Assembly (NCBI GenBank): GCA_947039455.1
Contig: CAMQZB010000008.1
Coordinates: 5,991-69,990 of the forward strand
Direction: 5' to 3'
From: an uncultured Clostridia bacterium
GTDB taxonomy: Bacteria > Bacillota > Clostridia > Christensenellales > CAMQZB01
Length of the DNA: 64,000 nt
The notes under the pieces were generated by a model, which had not been told where the DNA came from, searched no databases, and worked only from the letters and a program-made list of their open reading frames with translations. Positions 21,184 to 30,734 of the stretch are shown here, one piece after another. Both the position numbers and the translations under genes were made by a program. The first letter of the stretch is position 1. Each line of letters begins with the position of its first letter.

Positions 21184-21294
21184 TTATTCTCTAAGCAATG
21201 AAAAATTTGAAATTTTGACCTATGCAAGTGTAGGCTTGACAAAAATTAAGTAGAGGAGTATAATTATAGTATAAAAAAAAGAAGGTATAATATT

Positions 21295-21684
21295 ATGAGC
21301 GATAAAATAAATAAAATAGTTAACACAACTGATAGCACAAACAATTATTCACAAGATGATATAAACAAAAATAAAATCTTTGCAGTTTTATCATACTTAT
21401 GGATTTTATTCTTCCTACCATTAGTGGCTTGTCCTGATTCGAAATTTGGAAGATTCCACGCAAACCAAGGTTTAGTTTTACTACTAGCAGGAGCAATTGG
21501 TGGATTTGTTATGGGAATAATAGTTTTAGTGTTATCAATGATTGGACTTGCAATTGTTGGATTTATACTTATGAGTCTTTTCGGATTAATAGATTTAATT
21601 TTGGTGATTTTAGGAATTGTTAATGCAGCAACTGGAAAAGCAAAAGAATTGCCAATCATCGGAAGAATTACTTTGATTAAGTAA
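21295..21684 (+). CDS. Small membrane protein (DUF4870-like)
   Basis: FAVLSYL, SKFGRFHANQGLVL and ELPIIG motifs; three TM helices. Confidence 0.7.
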   Translation: MSDKINKIVNTTDSTNNYSQDDINKNKIFAVLSYLWILFFLPLVACPDSKFGRFHANQGLVLLLAGAIGGFVMGIIVLVLSMIGLAIVGFILMSLFGLIDLILVILGIVNAATGKAKELPIIGRITLIK

Positions 21685-21859
21685 TTCAAAACACAAAACA
21701 CAAAATTTAAAAGGACTTTATCAAATTAATTATTTTGATAAAGTCCTTTTTATGTTTTAAAACTATATTTTGTTTTAAAATTTACAATATAATGCAAGTA
21801 CAAATAGATATTTAATCAACAATGCAACTCGTTACTTACTAATTGTTGCCAGAAAATTT

Positions 21860-23767
21860 CTATACAATAGTGTAACTAAATTCTTTTTTCAAATGGTTAA
21901 AATTATGGTAATCAATTAAAAGTAGCATATCCAAATTTTCGTTGTTATTGAAAACGTCGTGGAAAATAGGTAGCAAGTAATAACGTGATTTATCATATTT
22001 CACTTGATACTTTTTCTTGTATGGAATGTGTAAACTTGGTGGCAGTTGACGGCTAGTGTTTACTAGTGCCAAATCCACACGCATTAGGGATATCAAAACG
22101 TCACGATCAAGACCGTTGTCCACAAGAAAGTTAAGAAAAACACCATAAAGTTCAAACAAAGAAAGTTTGTGAAACCCTTCAGTTGCAATAGCGAAAGTGT
22201 GAAATAATTTAAATGGACTTTTTAATGGACTGTTAGTTAAATTAAAATTCTTGAAAGCACATATTAAAGTTCGTTGAAAACGGTTCGAGTTGTGAATTCT
22301 GTTAACCACCTGTTCAGTGCGCAAAATTTCTTTAACCTCGGTTGCTGATAGTTCAGGGCTTGCTTCAATTTGATATGGCGGAACTTTCTCCCAAATATAG
22401 CCATCAATATTTTCTTTTTCTAGAGGGCTGTTAGGAAGAAGTTTCAGCATTCCCAGTTGAACTTCAGTTGGATTCATGCAATATAGCTCATCAAAAGTTT
22501 CCGAAAGGCTTTGGAAATTCTCAAAAGGAAGTCCAGCGATAATGTCAACATGACTTTCAATGTTAGATAGTGATGTGATTTTATTTATGCTGGATTTTAG
22601 TTTGTCTATGTTAAAAGGACGGTTGATTTTTTCAAGAGTTTTGGAATTTAGTGATTGCATACCAATTTCTACACGAATAAAATTCGGGCGAGCGGATTGC
22701 AATAATTTAATCATTTCATCTCCAATTAATTCAGGGGCAATTTCAAAATGCATTTGAAAATCATATTTATCTTCGTTAGCGACTAAATATTTTATGATGG
22801 CATTAGCGTATTCTTTGTTTGCGTTGAAAGTACGGTCAACGAATTTCAAAACCTTAATGTTTCGACCTTGAAACTTTTCTAAATCTTCAAAAACTCTAGG
22901 CAAACTACCAAGCTGTAAATCGTATAATGAACTCATGCAGTATGAACATCTAAAAGGGCAGCCACGTGAAGCCTCGAAATAAGCAATTTTACCTGAAACG
23001 TTGCTAAAATATTCTTCGGTATAAGGGGATTTAATAGTTGAAAGATTGGCAACTTCCGATGATTTTACAATCTTTTCTGACCTATCCCCAAAAAGAAACT
23101 TATCAAAAACAGTTTCACCGTCACCTAATAATAAATAGTCGCAATGGTTAAGAGCGTTTTCCTGATTATTCTCAGCTTCAATACCACCAAAAATAACAGT
23201 AATTCCAAGTTTCCTAAGTTCGGCGGAAACTAATTGAATAAAATTTATGTTAAAAATATATGTAGAAAAAGCAACAATTTTTGGATTGTAACTAGTAATC
23301 AAAGATAGAACGGAGTGGAGAGGCATGTTGATATTACATTCGATTAAGCTCAAGTTTTCCCACTTGCTGTTTGCTTGAATATAGTAAACTGAAAGAAGGC
23401 TGTGAATATATTGACTGTTCACCCCAACAATCAAAACTTTCTCCGTATAAGTACTCTCTTTTCCAACGCAAAAATCCGCATTAATTGTGTCTACGTTGCT
23501 ACAACTACAATCACCCGTATTGATTTCAACATTGCTACAACCACAATCGACCGTAGCTGTGTCAGCATTGCTATAACTACAATAACAATCTATCTTATCG
23601 GCGTTAACTGAGCTGCAATCGCAATTTGTAGTAGTTGACACAAAGGGTTCAGGTTCGCTACAACTATTGCAAGTTGCCATGATTTTGCCATTATCAATAC
23701 TATCAACAGATCTAAGGCTGTTGTGAGTGTAGGTTTTATTTAAATTTTTATTAATTAAATCATTCAT
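21860..23767 (-). CDS. B12-binding radical SAM protein (DUF4080-type) with Cys-rich repeated N-terminal extension
   Basis: NSQYIHS, FEASRGCPFRCSYCMS, KFVDRTFN and HVDIIAGLP motifs; start moved to ATG 23767, which directly follows a TTGCGA-17-TATAAT promoter. Confidence 0.85.
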   Translation of the reverse strand: MNDLINKNLNKTYTHNSLRSVDSIDNGKIMATCNSCSEPEPFVSTTTNCDCSSVNADKIDCYCSYSNADTATVDCGCSNVEINTGDCSCSNVDTINADFCVGKESTYTEKVLIVGVNSQYIHSLLSVYYIQANSKWENLSLIECNINMPLHSVLSLITSYNPKIVAFSTYIFNINFIQLVSAELRKLGITVIFGGIEAENNQENALNHCDYLLLGDGETVFDKFLFGDRSEKIVKSSEVANLSTIKSPYTEEYFSNVSGKIAYFEASRGCPFRCSYCMSSLYDLQLGSLPRVFEDLEKFQGRNIKVLKFVDRTFNANKEYANAIIKYLVANEDKYDFQMHFEIAPELIGDEMIKLLQSARPNFIRVEIGMQSLNSKTLEKINRPFNIDKLKSSINKITSLSNIESHVDIIAGLPFENFQSLSETFDELYCMNPTEVQLGMLKLLPNSPLEKENIDGYIWEKVPPYQIEASPELSATEVKEILRTEQVVNRIHNSNRFQRTLICAFKNFNLTNSPLKSPFKLFHTFAIATEGFHKLSLFELYGVFLNFLVDNGLDRDVLISLMRVDLALVNTSRQLPPSLHIPYKKKYQVKYDKSRYYLLPIFHDVFNNNENLDMLLLIDYHNFNHLKKEFSYTIV

Positions 23768-23774
23768 ATTTTCA

Positions 23775-23803
23775 ATTATAACACATCTAAATGAAATTCG
23801 CAA
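23775..23803 (-). promoter_or_regulatory. sigma-A promoter, probably giving a leaderless radical SAM mRNA
   Basis: Minus strand TTGCGA (23803-23798)-17 bp-TATAAT (23780-23775); ATG begins 8 nt downstream; no SD. Confidence 0.6.
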
Positions 23804-23877
23804 TGCAATAGTTATTTGACAAAATAAAAGAACTTCCAAAGGAAGTTCCGTGCTAGAATAATATAAATTTCCGTAAA

Positions 23878-24020
23878 ATAATATCACAATAGCCAACAGG
23901 ATAAATCCTATTGGCTATCATATATGATAAGGGGAAAAATGATGAACTATTTAGATAATCAAGTTTATGTGCTCAAACCGCAAATAGCTTCTTGCTAAGC
24001 AGTGCTGAACCTTGATTACT
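23878..24020 (-). ncRNA. Candidate ~140 nt small RNA
   Basis: TTTACA-17-TATACT promoter (24054-24026), long 5' hairpin, UUUUUCCCCUU linker, strong 3' hairpin 23889-23918. Confidence 0.5.
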
Positions 24021-24521
24021 TTATTAGTATATACTATATTTTTATATTTGTAAAGCGTTTTTATATACATTTTTTAAAATAAATCAATAGATTTTTTTGC
24101 TCGGTATAATAGCAACATATTACATGTTCTAAAAATGCAAAATTGAGTTGATTTTTTTGTGTTAATAGTATAATTACGCTAAAATTTACTGCATATTTTC
24201 ATTTTACCAAAAAAAATCATATTTTCACTAATTTAAAACATATAAATTAAAATAATAATTTTTTTTTCAATAATAATAAAGTATCTATTTTTATTAAATG
24301 TGTCAGATATTAGTGGATTTTCCAATTATTTTTTGCTAGAATGAAAAAAAACCACCTAAAAGCGTTAACTTTACAGGTGGTTTTATGAAAATTACATTTC
24401 ATAATTGCATATCATAATAGCAATTTAGTTAAGATTTATGAATACACAAAAATCATTTGAATGCTATTGTAAATACAACAAGGTTGCAAATTGCGATTCA
24501 GGAATGCGATTAATTACTTCA

Positions 24522-27152
24522 TTATTTTGAGTATTTAATAATTAATTCTTCAACTGCAACTAATTTGTCTGTATTAGTTTGGAATTTCAATCTAAGTTCG
24601 CCAATTAGTTTTTCTGGAGCTTTGCCCATGAAACCTTGATTGTTTAACTTACCTGAAGTGAATTTGATTTCTTCTTGAATTTTCTTTTTCTCATTTTCCA
24701 AACGAGCAAGTTCTTTCTCACGATCGATTAAATCGCCAGTAGCCATAAACACTTGAGCAAGTTCGCTAGTGCAAGAGAACATATCAGAATCAAGAGCATC
24801 TTTGCTGTCAATATAATTAATAGCAGTGCCATAGCCAAGTTTTTCAACATAAACTTCAGCAGCTTTCAAAACAGCTAAAGAATCTTTGCTAGTAGGCAAG
24901 ATGTGAAGAACGCTTCTTTTTGAAGGTGGAATATCCATATCTTTACGTAAAGTACGAATTCCTTTGATTAATTCCATAACTTTTTCAAGACCGTCTTTCT
25001 CCGTATTGAAGAAAATTTCGCCCTTAGGATAACTTTCCAACATAATAGTTTCAGCCGTGTTAGGGTATTCTCTATAAAGTTTTTCAGTAACAAAAGGAAT
25101 GAACGGGTGCAATAATTTCAAAGTGTTTTGCATAACATAATTCAAAACATTTAAAGTGCGACCTTGAAGAACTTCATCGTCACCGTAAAGCACAGGTTTG
25201 ATTAATTCGATGTACCAATCGCAAATTTCGTTCCAAACAAATTCATAAAGGTTTGAAGTGCAAATTCCCATATCGTATTTATCCATCATAGTGCGAACTT
25301 CGTTAGAAACTTCGGAAAGTCTAGTGATAATCCATTTATCCGCTAGGCTAAGATTATCGAAATCAACTTCGCCGATTTCTTTGCCTTCAAAGTTCATAAG
25401 AGCAAATTTAGTAGCATTCCAAAGTTTGTTCATAAAATTCTTCGTGCTATCAAGTTTGTCTTCCATAAATTTAGAATCGCTACCCATAGCAACGCCATGA
25501 AGCAAGCAGAATCTTAAAGTATCAGCGCCAAATTTTTCGATAATTTCAATAGGGTCAATACCGTTTCCAAGGGATTTGCTCATTTTACGACCTTCCGCAT
25601 CACGAATGATACCGTGAATAAGAACATCTTTAAAAGGAGGAACGTCCATAGAATAAATTCCCGCGAACATCATTCTAGCAACCCAGAAGAAAATAATATC
25701 GTAACCAGTAACAAGAACATTCGTTGGATAGAAGTATTCTAAATCAGCAGTTTTGTCAGGATAACCTAGAGTTGAGAAGGGCCAAAGTGCAGAAGAGAAC
25801 CAAGTATCTAGAACATCTTCATCTTGACGCAAAGTAGTGCAACCGCATTTTGTACATTTAGTAGGAGTTTCAGAATCAACAATAGTTTCACCGCAAGAAT
25901 CGCAGTAAAAAGCAGGAATTCTGTGACCCCACCAAAGTTGACGAGAAATACACCAGTCTTTGATGTTGTCCACCCAAGCGAAGTAAGTATTTTCAAATCT
26001 CTTTGGAACGAAGCTAGTGTCGCCATCTCGTACAGCTTGTGCCGCAGGTTTAGCAAGAGGCTCCATTTTTACGAACCATTGTTTTGAGATAATATTTTCA
26101 ATAGAAGTGTGACAACGGTAGCAAGTTCCAACGTTATGAGCGTGTGGCTCAATTTTAACTAAGAATCCAGAAGTTTTCAAATCTTCGACGATTTGTTTTC
26201 TACATTCTTCACGAGTTAAACCTTGATATTTTCCAGCTAATTCGTTCATAGTACCGTCGTTGTTCATAACTCTAATCATTTCAAGGTTATGACGAAGACC
26301 AACTTCAAAATCGTTAGGATCGTGAGCAGGCGTAATTTTAACACAACCAGTACCGAATTCTTTGTCAACGTAAGTATCCGCAACTACAGGAATTTCTTTT
26401 CCAACGATAGGTAAAATTAAAGTTTTACCAACCATGTGAGCGTATCTTTCGTCATCAGGGTGAACTGCAACAGCAGTATCTCCAAGCAAAGTTTCAGGAC
26501 GAGTAGTAGCAATAACCACTTCGCCACTTCCGTCAGAAAGTGGGTATCTGATGTGCCAGAAGAAAGAATCTTGTTCAACGTATTCAACTTCAGCGTCAGA
26601 AAGAGCAGTTTGACAATCAGGGCACCAGTTAATAATACGGCTACCTTGGTAAATCAAACCGTCATTATAGAATTTCACGAAAACGTCTTTAACAGCTTTA
26701 CTGCATTTGTCGTCCATAGTGAACGCAAGACGGCTCCAATCGCAAGAAGCGCCAGTAGCTTTTAATTGCTCAATAATTCTATTGCCGTAGGTTTCTTTCC
26801 ATTCCCAAGCACGTTTTAAAAAGCCTTCACGACCGATATCGTTCTTAGTAATTCCCTCAGTAGCCATTTGATCAACTATTTTCACTTCAGTAGCAATAGA
26901 CGCATGGTCAGTGCCAGGAACCCACAAAGTAGAAAAACCGCACATTCTTTTATAACGAATGATAGAATCTTGAATAGTTTGGTCAAGAGCATGTCCTAAA
27001 TGAAGTTGTCCAGTGATGTTTGGTGGTGGCATAACGATAGTAAAAGGTTCTTTATTTTTGTCCACAGTAGGAGTAAAATATCCTTTTTCTTCCCATTCTT
27101 TATATAGTTCTTTTTCAAAACCATTAGGGTTATAACTTTTCTCTAAACTCAT
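24522..27152 (-). CDS. valS: Valine--tRNA ligase
   Basis: PPPNITGQLHLGHA, DWCISRQLWWGHRIP, KMSKS, C-terminal coiled coil; SD AAGGAG before ATG 27152. Confidence 0.97.
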   Translation of the reverse strand: MSLEKSYNPNGFEKELYKEWEEKGYFTPTVDKNKEPFTIVMPPPNITGQLHLGHALDQTIQDSIIRYKRMCGFSTLWVPGTDHASIATEVKIVDQMATEGITKNDIGREGFLKRAWEWKETYGNRIIEQLKATGASCDWSRLAFTMDDKCSKAVKDVFVKFYNDGLIYQGSRIINWCPDCQTALSDAEVEYVEQDSFFWHIRYPLSDGSGEVVIATTRPETLLGDTAVAVHPDDERYAHMVGKTLILPIVGKEIPVVADTYVDKEFGTGCVKITPAHDPNDFEVGLRHNLEMIRVMNNDGTMNELAGKYQGLTREECRKQIVEDLKTSGFLVKIEPHAHNVGTCYRCHTSIENIISKQWFVKMEPLAKPAAQAVRDGDTSFVPKRFENTYFAWVDNIKDWCISRQLWWGHRIPAFYCDSCGETIVDSETPTKCTKCGCTTLRQDEDVLDTWFSSALWPFSTLGYPDKTADLEYFYPTNVLVTGYDIIFFWVARMMFAGIYSMDVPPFKDVLIHGIIRDAEGRKMSKSLGNGIDPIEIIEKFGADTLRFCLLHGVAMGSDSKFMEDKLDSTKNFMNKLWNATKFALMNFEGKEIGEVDFDNLSLADKWIITRLSEVSNEVRTMMDKYDMGICTSNLYEFVWNEICDWYIELIKPVLYGDDEVLQGRTLNVLNYVMQNTLKLLHPFIPFVTEKLYREYPNTAETIMLESYPKGEIFFNTEKDGLEKVMELIKGIRTLRKDMDIPPSKRSVLHILPTSKDSLAVLKAAEVYVEKLGYGTAINYIDSKDALDSDMFSCTSELAQVFMATGDLIDREKELARLENEKKKIQEEIKFTSGKLNNQGFMGKAPEKLIGELRLKFQTNTDKLVAVEELIIKYSK

Positions 27153-27371
27153 GTTTCGCTCCTTAATTATATATAAATAAATTCGAAATTTGTTTCTAAC
27201 TAATATGATATCACAACATAGCAATTTTATCAAATATTTTTCTATTCTTAACAGTAAATTAATTAGAAATAGCGGTAATTTTCAAGTAAACCATGTAGAA
27301 AAAACACAAAAAAAAGACAGTATAGGATAATTATCCATATACTGTCTTAAATTTTAGTAAATTATGTTATT

Positions 27372-28688
27372 TTAAGTGCGAGCATTATCGGTGTTGATAG
27401 CACCTGATGCACGGTTAGCTTTCGCTGCCAAAATGAAAGTAATTAAACCTGCCACAAACAAAAGAACAAGTGAAGCAACGCCAAGGTTAACAGCTTGTAG
27501 TCCCAAAGATGCAAGAAGGTTGTTTCCCCAAACTGTGGAGTCAAGAACCATGGTGATTGTTGCTACCATGAAAGTTCCAAGGAATGCAGCGCCTTTTCCA
27601 AAAATATCGTAAACACCGAAGTATTCGCCTGACTTTTCAGCAGGAATAATTCTTGCAAAGTATGAACGTGATAGTGCTTGAACCGCACCTTGGAACATAC
27701 CAACGCAGATTGCTAAAATCCAGAATTGAGCGATAGTTTTCAAGAAGATTGCATATAATGCTATTCCAATGTAAGCGGTTATGCAAACCATAATCAATTT
27801 ATCGCTAGCAACTTTTTTCGCTAGTTTACCGAAGATAATCGCGCAAGGGAATGCGACAACTTGAGTTGCTAGAAGTGCAATCAAAAGATCGTCTGAAGCA
27901 AGACCAAGAGCGTCACCGAATGAAACCGCCATGTCGATAATAGTGTAAACGCCGTCAATATAGAAGAAGAACGCAATTAGGAATAATAAAATTCCTTTGT
28001 TTTTGCTCATTTCTTTTAAGCCGTTACCTAGACGTTTGAAACTTGCACGTACAACCTTAGGTTGACGAGGAATAAAATGTTTTTGCTCATAAGTTCTTAA
28101 ATGAGGGATAGTGAAAACTAACCACCAAATACCGTTAATAGCAAAAGCGATAGCCATACCAACTGCAAAAGGCAGATTAGGTATGAAGTTAACAAAAACT
28201 AAACTCAAGATAAATGGAACACAACTTCCGATGTAACCAAGTGCGTAACCCATAGAAGAAACGTTGTCGAAACGCTCTTTAGTGGTAACGTCAGTAAGCA
28301 TTGAGTCGTAGAAAATCAAACTTGCAGAGTAAGCAACTTTTGCCACCATGAAGACGATAACAAAAAGTATCCAATGCATAGGAGCCATCATGACGAAACA
28401 TGCTCCAACACCGATTAGAACGGCAATGGTGAATATTGGTTTTTTCAAACCTTCAAAATCCGTAATAGTTCCAAGAATAGGACCAATCAAAGCAACAATA
28501 ATAGTAGCAGCTGAAGCGATCCAGCCCCAATAAGCAGTAGCAGTAGTACTACTGATTCCGTCTTGACTAGCAAGATGTGCAAAATACAGCGGAATTACTG
28601 TAGTCATAAATAGAGTGAATGCTGAATTACCAACGTCGTACATTATCCAACGCTTTTCGCCACTGGTCAATTTAGTGTTTTCGTTCAT
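27372..28688 (-). CDS. MFS transporter, UMF1/YxiO (Atg22-like) family
   Basis: WIMYDVGNSAF, YDSMLTDVT and QALSRSYFARIIP motifs. Confidence 0.85.
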   Translation of the reverse strand: MNENTKLTSGEKRWIMYDVGNSAFTLFMTTVIPLYFAHLASQDGISSTTATAYWGWIASAATIIVALIGPILGTITDFEGLKKPIFTIAVLIGVGACFVMMAPMHWILFVIVFMVAKVAYSASLIFYDSMLTDVTTKERFDNVSSMGYALGYIGSCVPFILSLVFVNFIPNLPFAVGMAIAFAINGIWWLVFTIPHLRTYEQKHFIPRQPKVVRASFKRLGNGLKEMSKNKGILLFLIAFFFYIDGVYTIIDMAVSFGDALGLASDDLLIALLATQVVAFPCAIIFGKLAKKVASDKLIMVCITAYIGIALYAIFLKTIAQFWILAICVGMFQGAVQALSRSYFARIIPAEKSGEYFGVYDIFGKGAAFLGTFMVATITMVLDSTVWGNNLLASLGLQAVNLGVASLVLLFVAGLITFILAAKANRASGAINTDNART

Positions 28689-28934
28689 GAAATCTCCAAT
28701 ATGTTTTATTTTGTCTGAATATGTAGATTAGTTAAAACGTACATCACTAATATAGTATAATAAAAATTGTCATTTGTAAAGTATAATTTAAAAATACTTC
28801 TGGAAAACAGAAAATTTAATTGAAAATTTACAAATATTAACACAAATTCTACCTAAACTATAGTTACTATTGCAATTCTCAATAGCTTGTAGTATAATTA
28901 TATTGAAAAATAAAATAAAAGAGGGTAACTTATC

Positions 28935-30023
28935 ATGAAACAACTTTATAAGAATGGATTGCTAGCAAGAAACGGCGTACTTGAAAATGCGGATATGTTG
29001 GTGGTTGATGGGAAAATTGAGAAAATTCAAAAAGATATAGTTTGCACTTGCGGTGCGGAGATTATTGACGTAACGGGTAAAATTATATTGCCAAAATTGT
29101 TCGATGAGCATACTCACGGTTCCGCTGGTTATGATTTTAATCTAGCTACCGAAGATGAAATGCGTACGCTTATGGAATTTTATAAAAAACAACAAATTGG
29201 TTCAGTTTTTCCTACATTATTAACTGATGAAGATGATGTTTTGGAAAAGCAAATCAAATTAATAGTAAAAATAGCAAAAGACTATCCTGAAATAAAAGGC
29301 ATACACCTTGAAGGGCCGTTTTTGTCAGCTAAATATAAAGGTGCAATGCCTGAACACTTGTTGCAAACGCCTAATATAGCTACACTAACTCACTTGCAAG
29401 AAACTGCTTGTGGTCTAGTAAAACTTATGACACTTTCACCTGAACTTGATGGAGCGGTTGAATTTATTAAAGAATCTGTGAAGATTGGGGTTAGTATAAA
29501 TCTTGGTCACAGCGGTGCAACATATGAACGAACAATGGAATGCGTAGACGCTGGTGCAACTGGCTTTACTCATTTATTCAACGCAATGCAACCAATTCAT
29601 CACCATGAAATTTGGATTTCTGGTACTGCATTGTTGTCTGATTGTTACTGTGAAACGATTCTTGACGGATTACATGTTTGTAAAGAAGCTGTTAGATTGA
29701 TTATTAAAACAAAAGGCATTGACAAAGTTGTGGGTATCACTGATAGCATAATGGCGGCGGGTCTTGGTGACGGGCTTTATAAGTTAGGTGTAAATGACGT
29801 TGTGGTGAAAAACGGTGATGCTCGTTTAGTTGTGGGTGACGCAAGAGCCGGAAGTACTCTTTGTGCTATTGACGGACTTAAAAACCTAGTGAAATTCTCT
29901 GGTCTTCCAGTGGAAGTTGCAATTCAAATGATGGCGGAAAACCCTGCAAAACGCAACAACCTTTTTGATATTACAGGGAGTCTAGATGAAGGCAAGCTAG
30001 CTGAGTTTTTTATTTTTAACTAG
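28935..30023 (+). CDS. nagA: N-acetylglucosamine-6-phosphate deacetylase
   Basis: DEHTHG, GIHLEGPF, LGHS, THLFNAM, ITDS and AGS motifs. Confidence 0.93.
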   Translation: MKQLYKNGLLARNGVLENADMLVVDGKIEKIQKDIVCTCGAEIIDVTGKIILPKLFDEHTHGSAGYDFNLATEDEMRTLMEFYKKQQIGSVFPTLLTDEDDVLEKQIKLIVKIAKDYPEIKGIHLEGPFLSAKYKGAMPEHLLQTPNIATLTHLQETACGLVKLMTLSPELDGAVEFIKESVKIGVSINLGHSGATYERTMECVDAGATGFTHLFNAMQPIHHHEIWISGTALLSDCYCETILDGLHVCKEAVRLIIKTKGIDKVVGITDSIMAAGLGDGLYKLGVNDVVVKNGDARLVVGDARAGSTLCAIDGLKNLVKFSGLPVEVAIQMMAENPAKRNNLFDITGSLDEGKLAEFFIFN

Positions 30024-30191
30024 AAATTTTATAATGGTATATAGCTTTTTAAGTAATTCAATATACTCTATAATATAAATTTACTCAACACTATATATAC
30101 AATGAAAAATATAGCAAAAAAACATCTCTAATTAAAGAGATGTTTTTTTATTTGGTAATTTTACAAATTAAATTAAAAGCTTATTAATCAA

Positions 30192-30731
30192 TTAGATATT
30201 GATGTTATAAATATCACGGTATATTGTTTTCTTGTATTCTAAAAAAGATATTTCGTCAACATCAACATTTTTACTCATAATCCACAAAGGCAGATTAGGA
30301 TAGTTTTGGTGGAAAGGCGGTTGGTAATAGTCAAACGCACAAGTAGTGAAACCCTGTTTCTCATAGAATTTTTGTCTACGTATTGCAAGTTCGTCATGTG
30401 GCAACTCTATTTCTAAAAAGCATGGTTTTTTATGTGTTGCTTCAAGGTGTTTTAATGTTGCAGCACCAATTCCGCTGTTTCGCAAAGTTGGGTCAGTGGC
30501 AAAATGTTCATAGAAAATACAATTATCTAAATCCCAAAAAGTTATGAAACCTATAAATTTTTCATTATTATAAATGCCTAAGATGTGATAGTCCGAATTA
30601 CTTAGAAGATTGAATTGCTGAGTTTCTATTCGGCGTTCTTCTATTGGGAAAGAATTTTCAAGAAGTGAATAAAACTCTTGAAAGGTTTCTTGTGATATTT
30701 TATTGTTAATGTGATAATCAATGAATGTCAT
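30192..30731 (-). CDS. GNAT family N-acetyltransferase
   Basis: SFPIEERR, EHFATDPTLRNSGIG, RRQKFYEKQGF and YYQPP motifs. Confidence 0.85.
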   Translation of the reverse strand: MTFIDYHINNKISQETFQEFYSLLENSFPIEERRIETQQFNLLSNSDYHILGIYNNEKFIGFITFWDLDNCIFYEHFATDPTLRNSGIGAATLKHLEATHKKPCFLEIELPHDELAIRRQKFYEKQGFTTCAFDYYQPPFHQNYPNLPLWIMSKNVDVDEISFLEYKKTIYRDIYNINI

Positions 30732-30734
30732 AGT

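Noticed and set aside
23768-23896. Longer N-terminus of the radical SAM ORF given in the track
   Set aside because: Starts at a TTG inside a hairpin and spans a good promoter; ATG 23767 is preferred
23878-24020. Known riboswitch (purine, c-di-GMP, SAM, cobalamin) for the radical SAM gene
   Set aside because: No consensus motifs recognised, and the gene has its own promoter downstream of the hairpin
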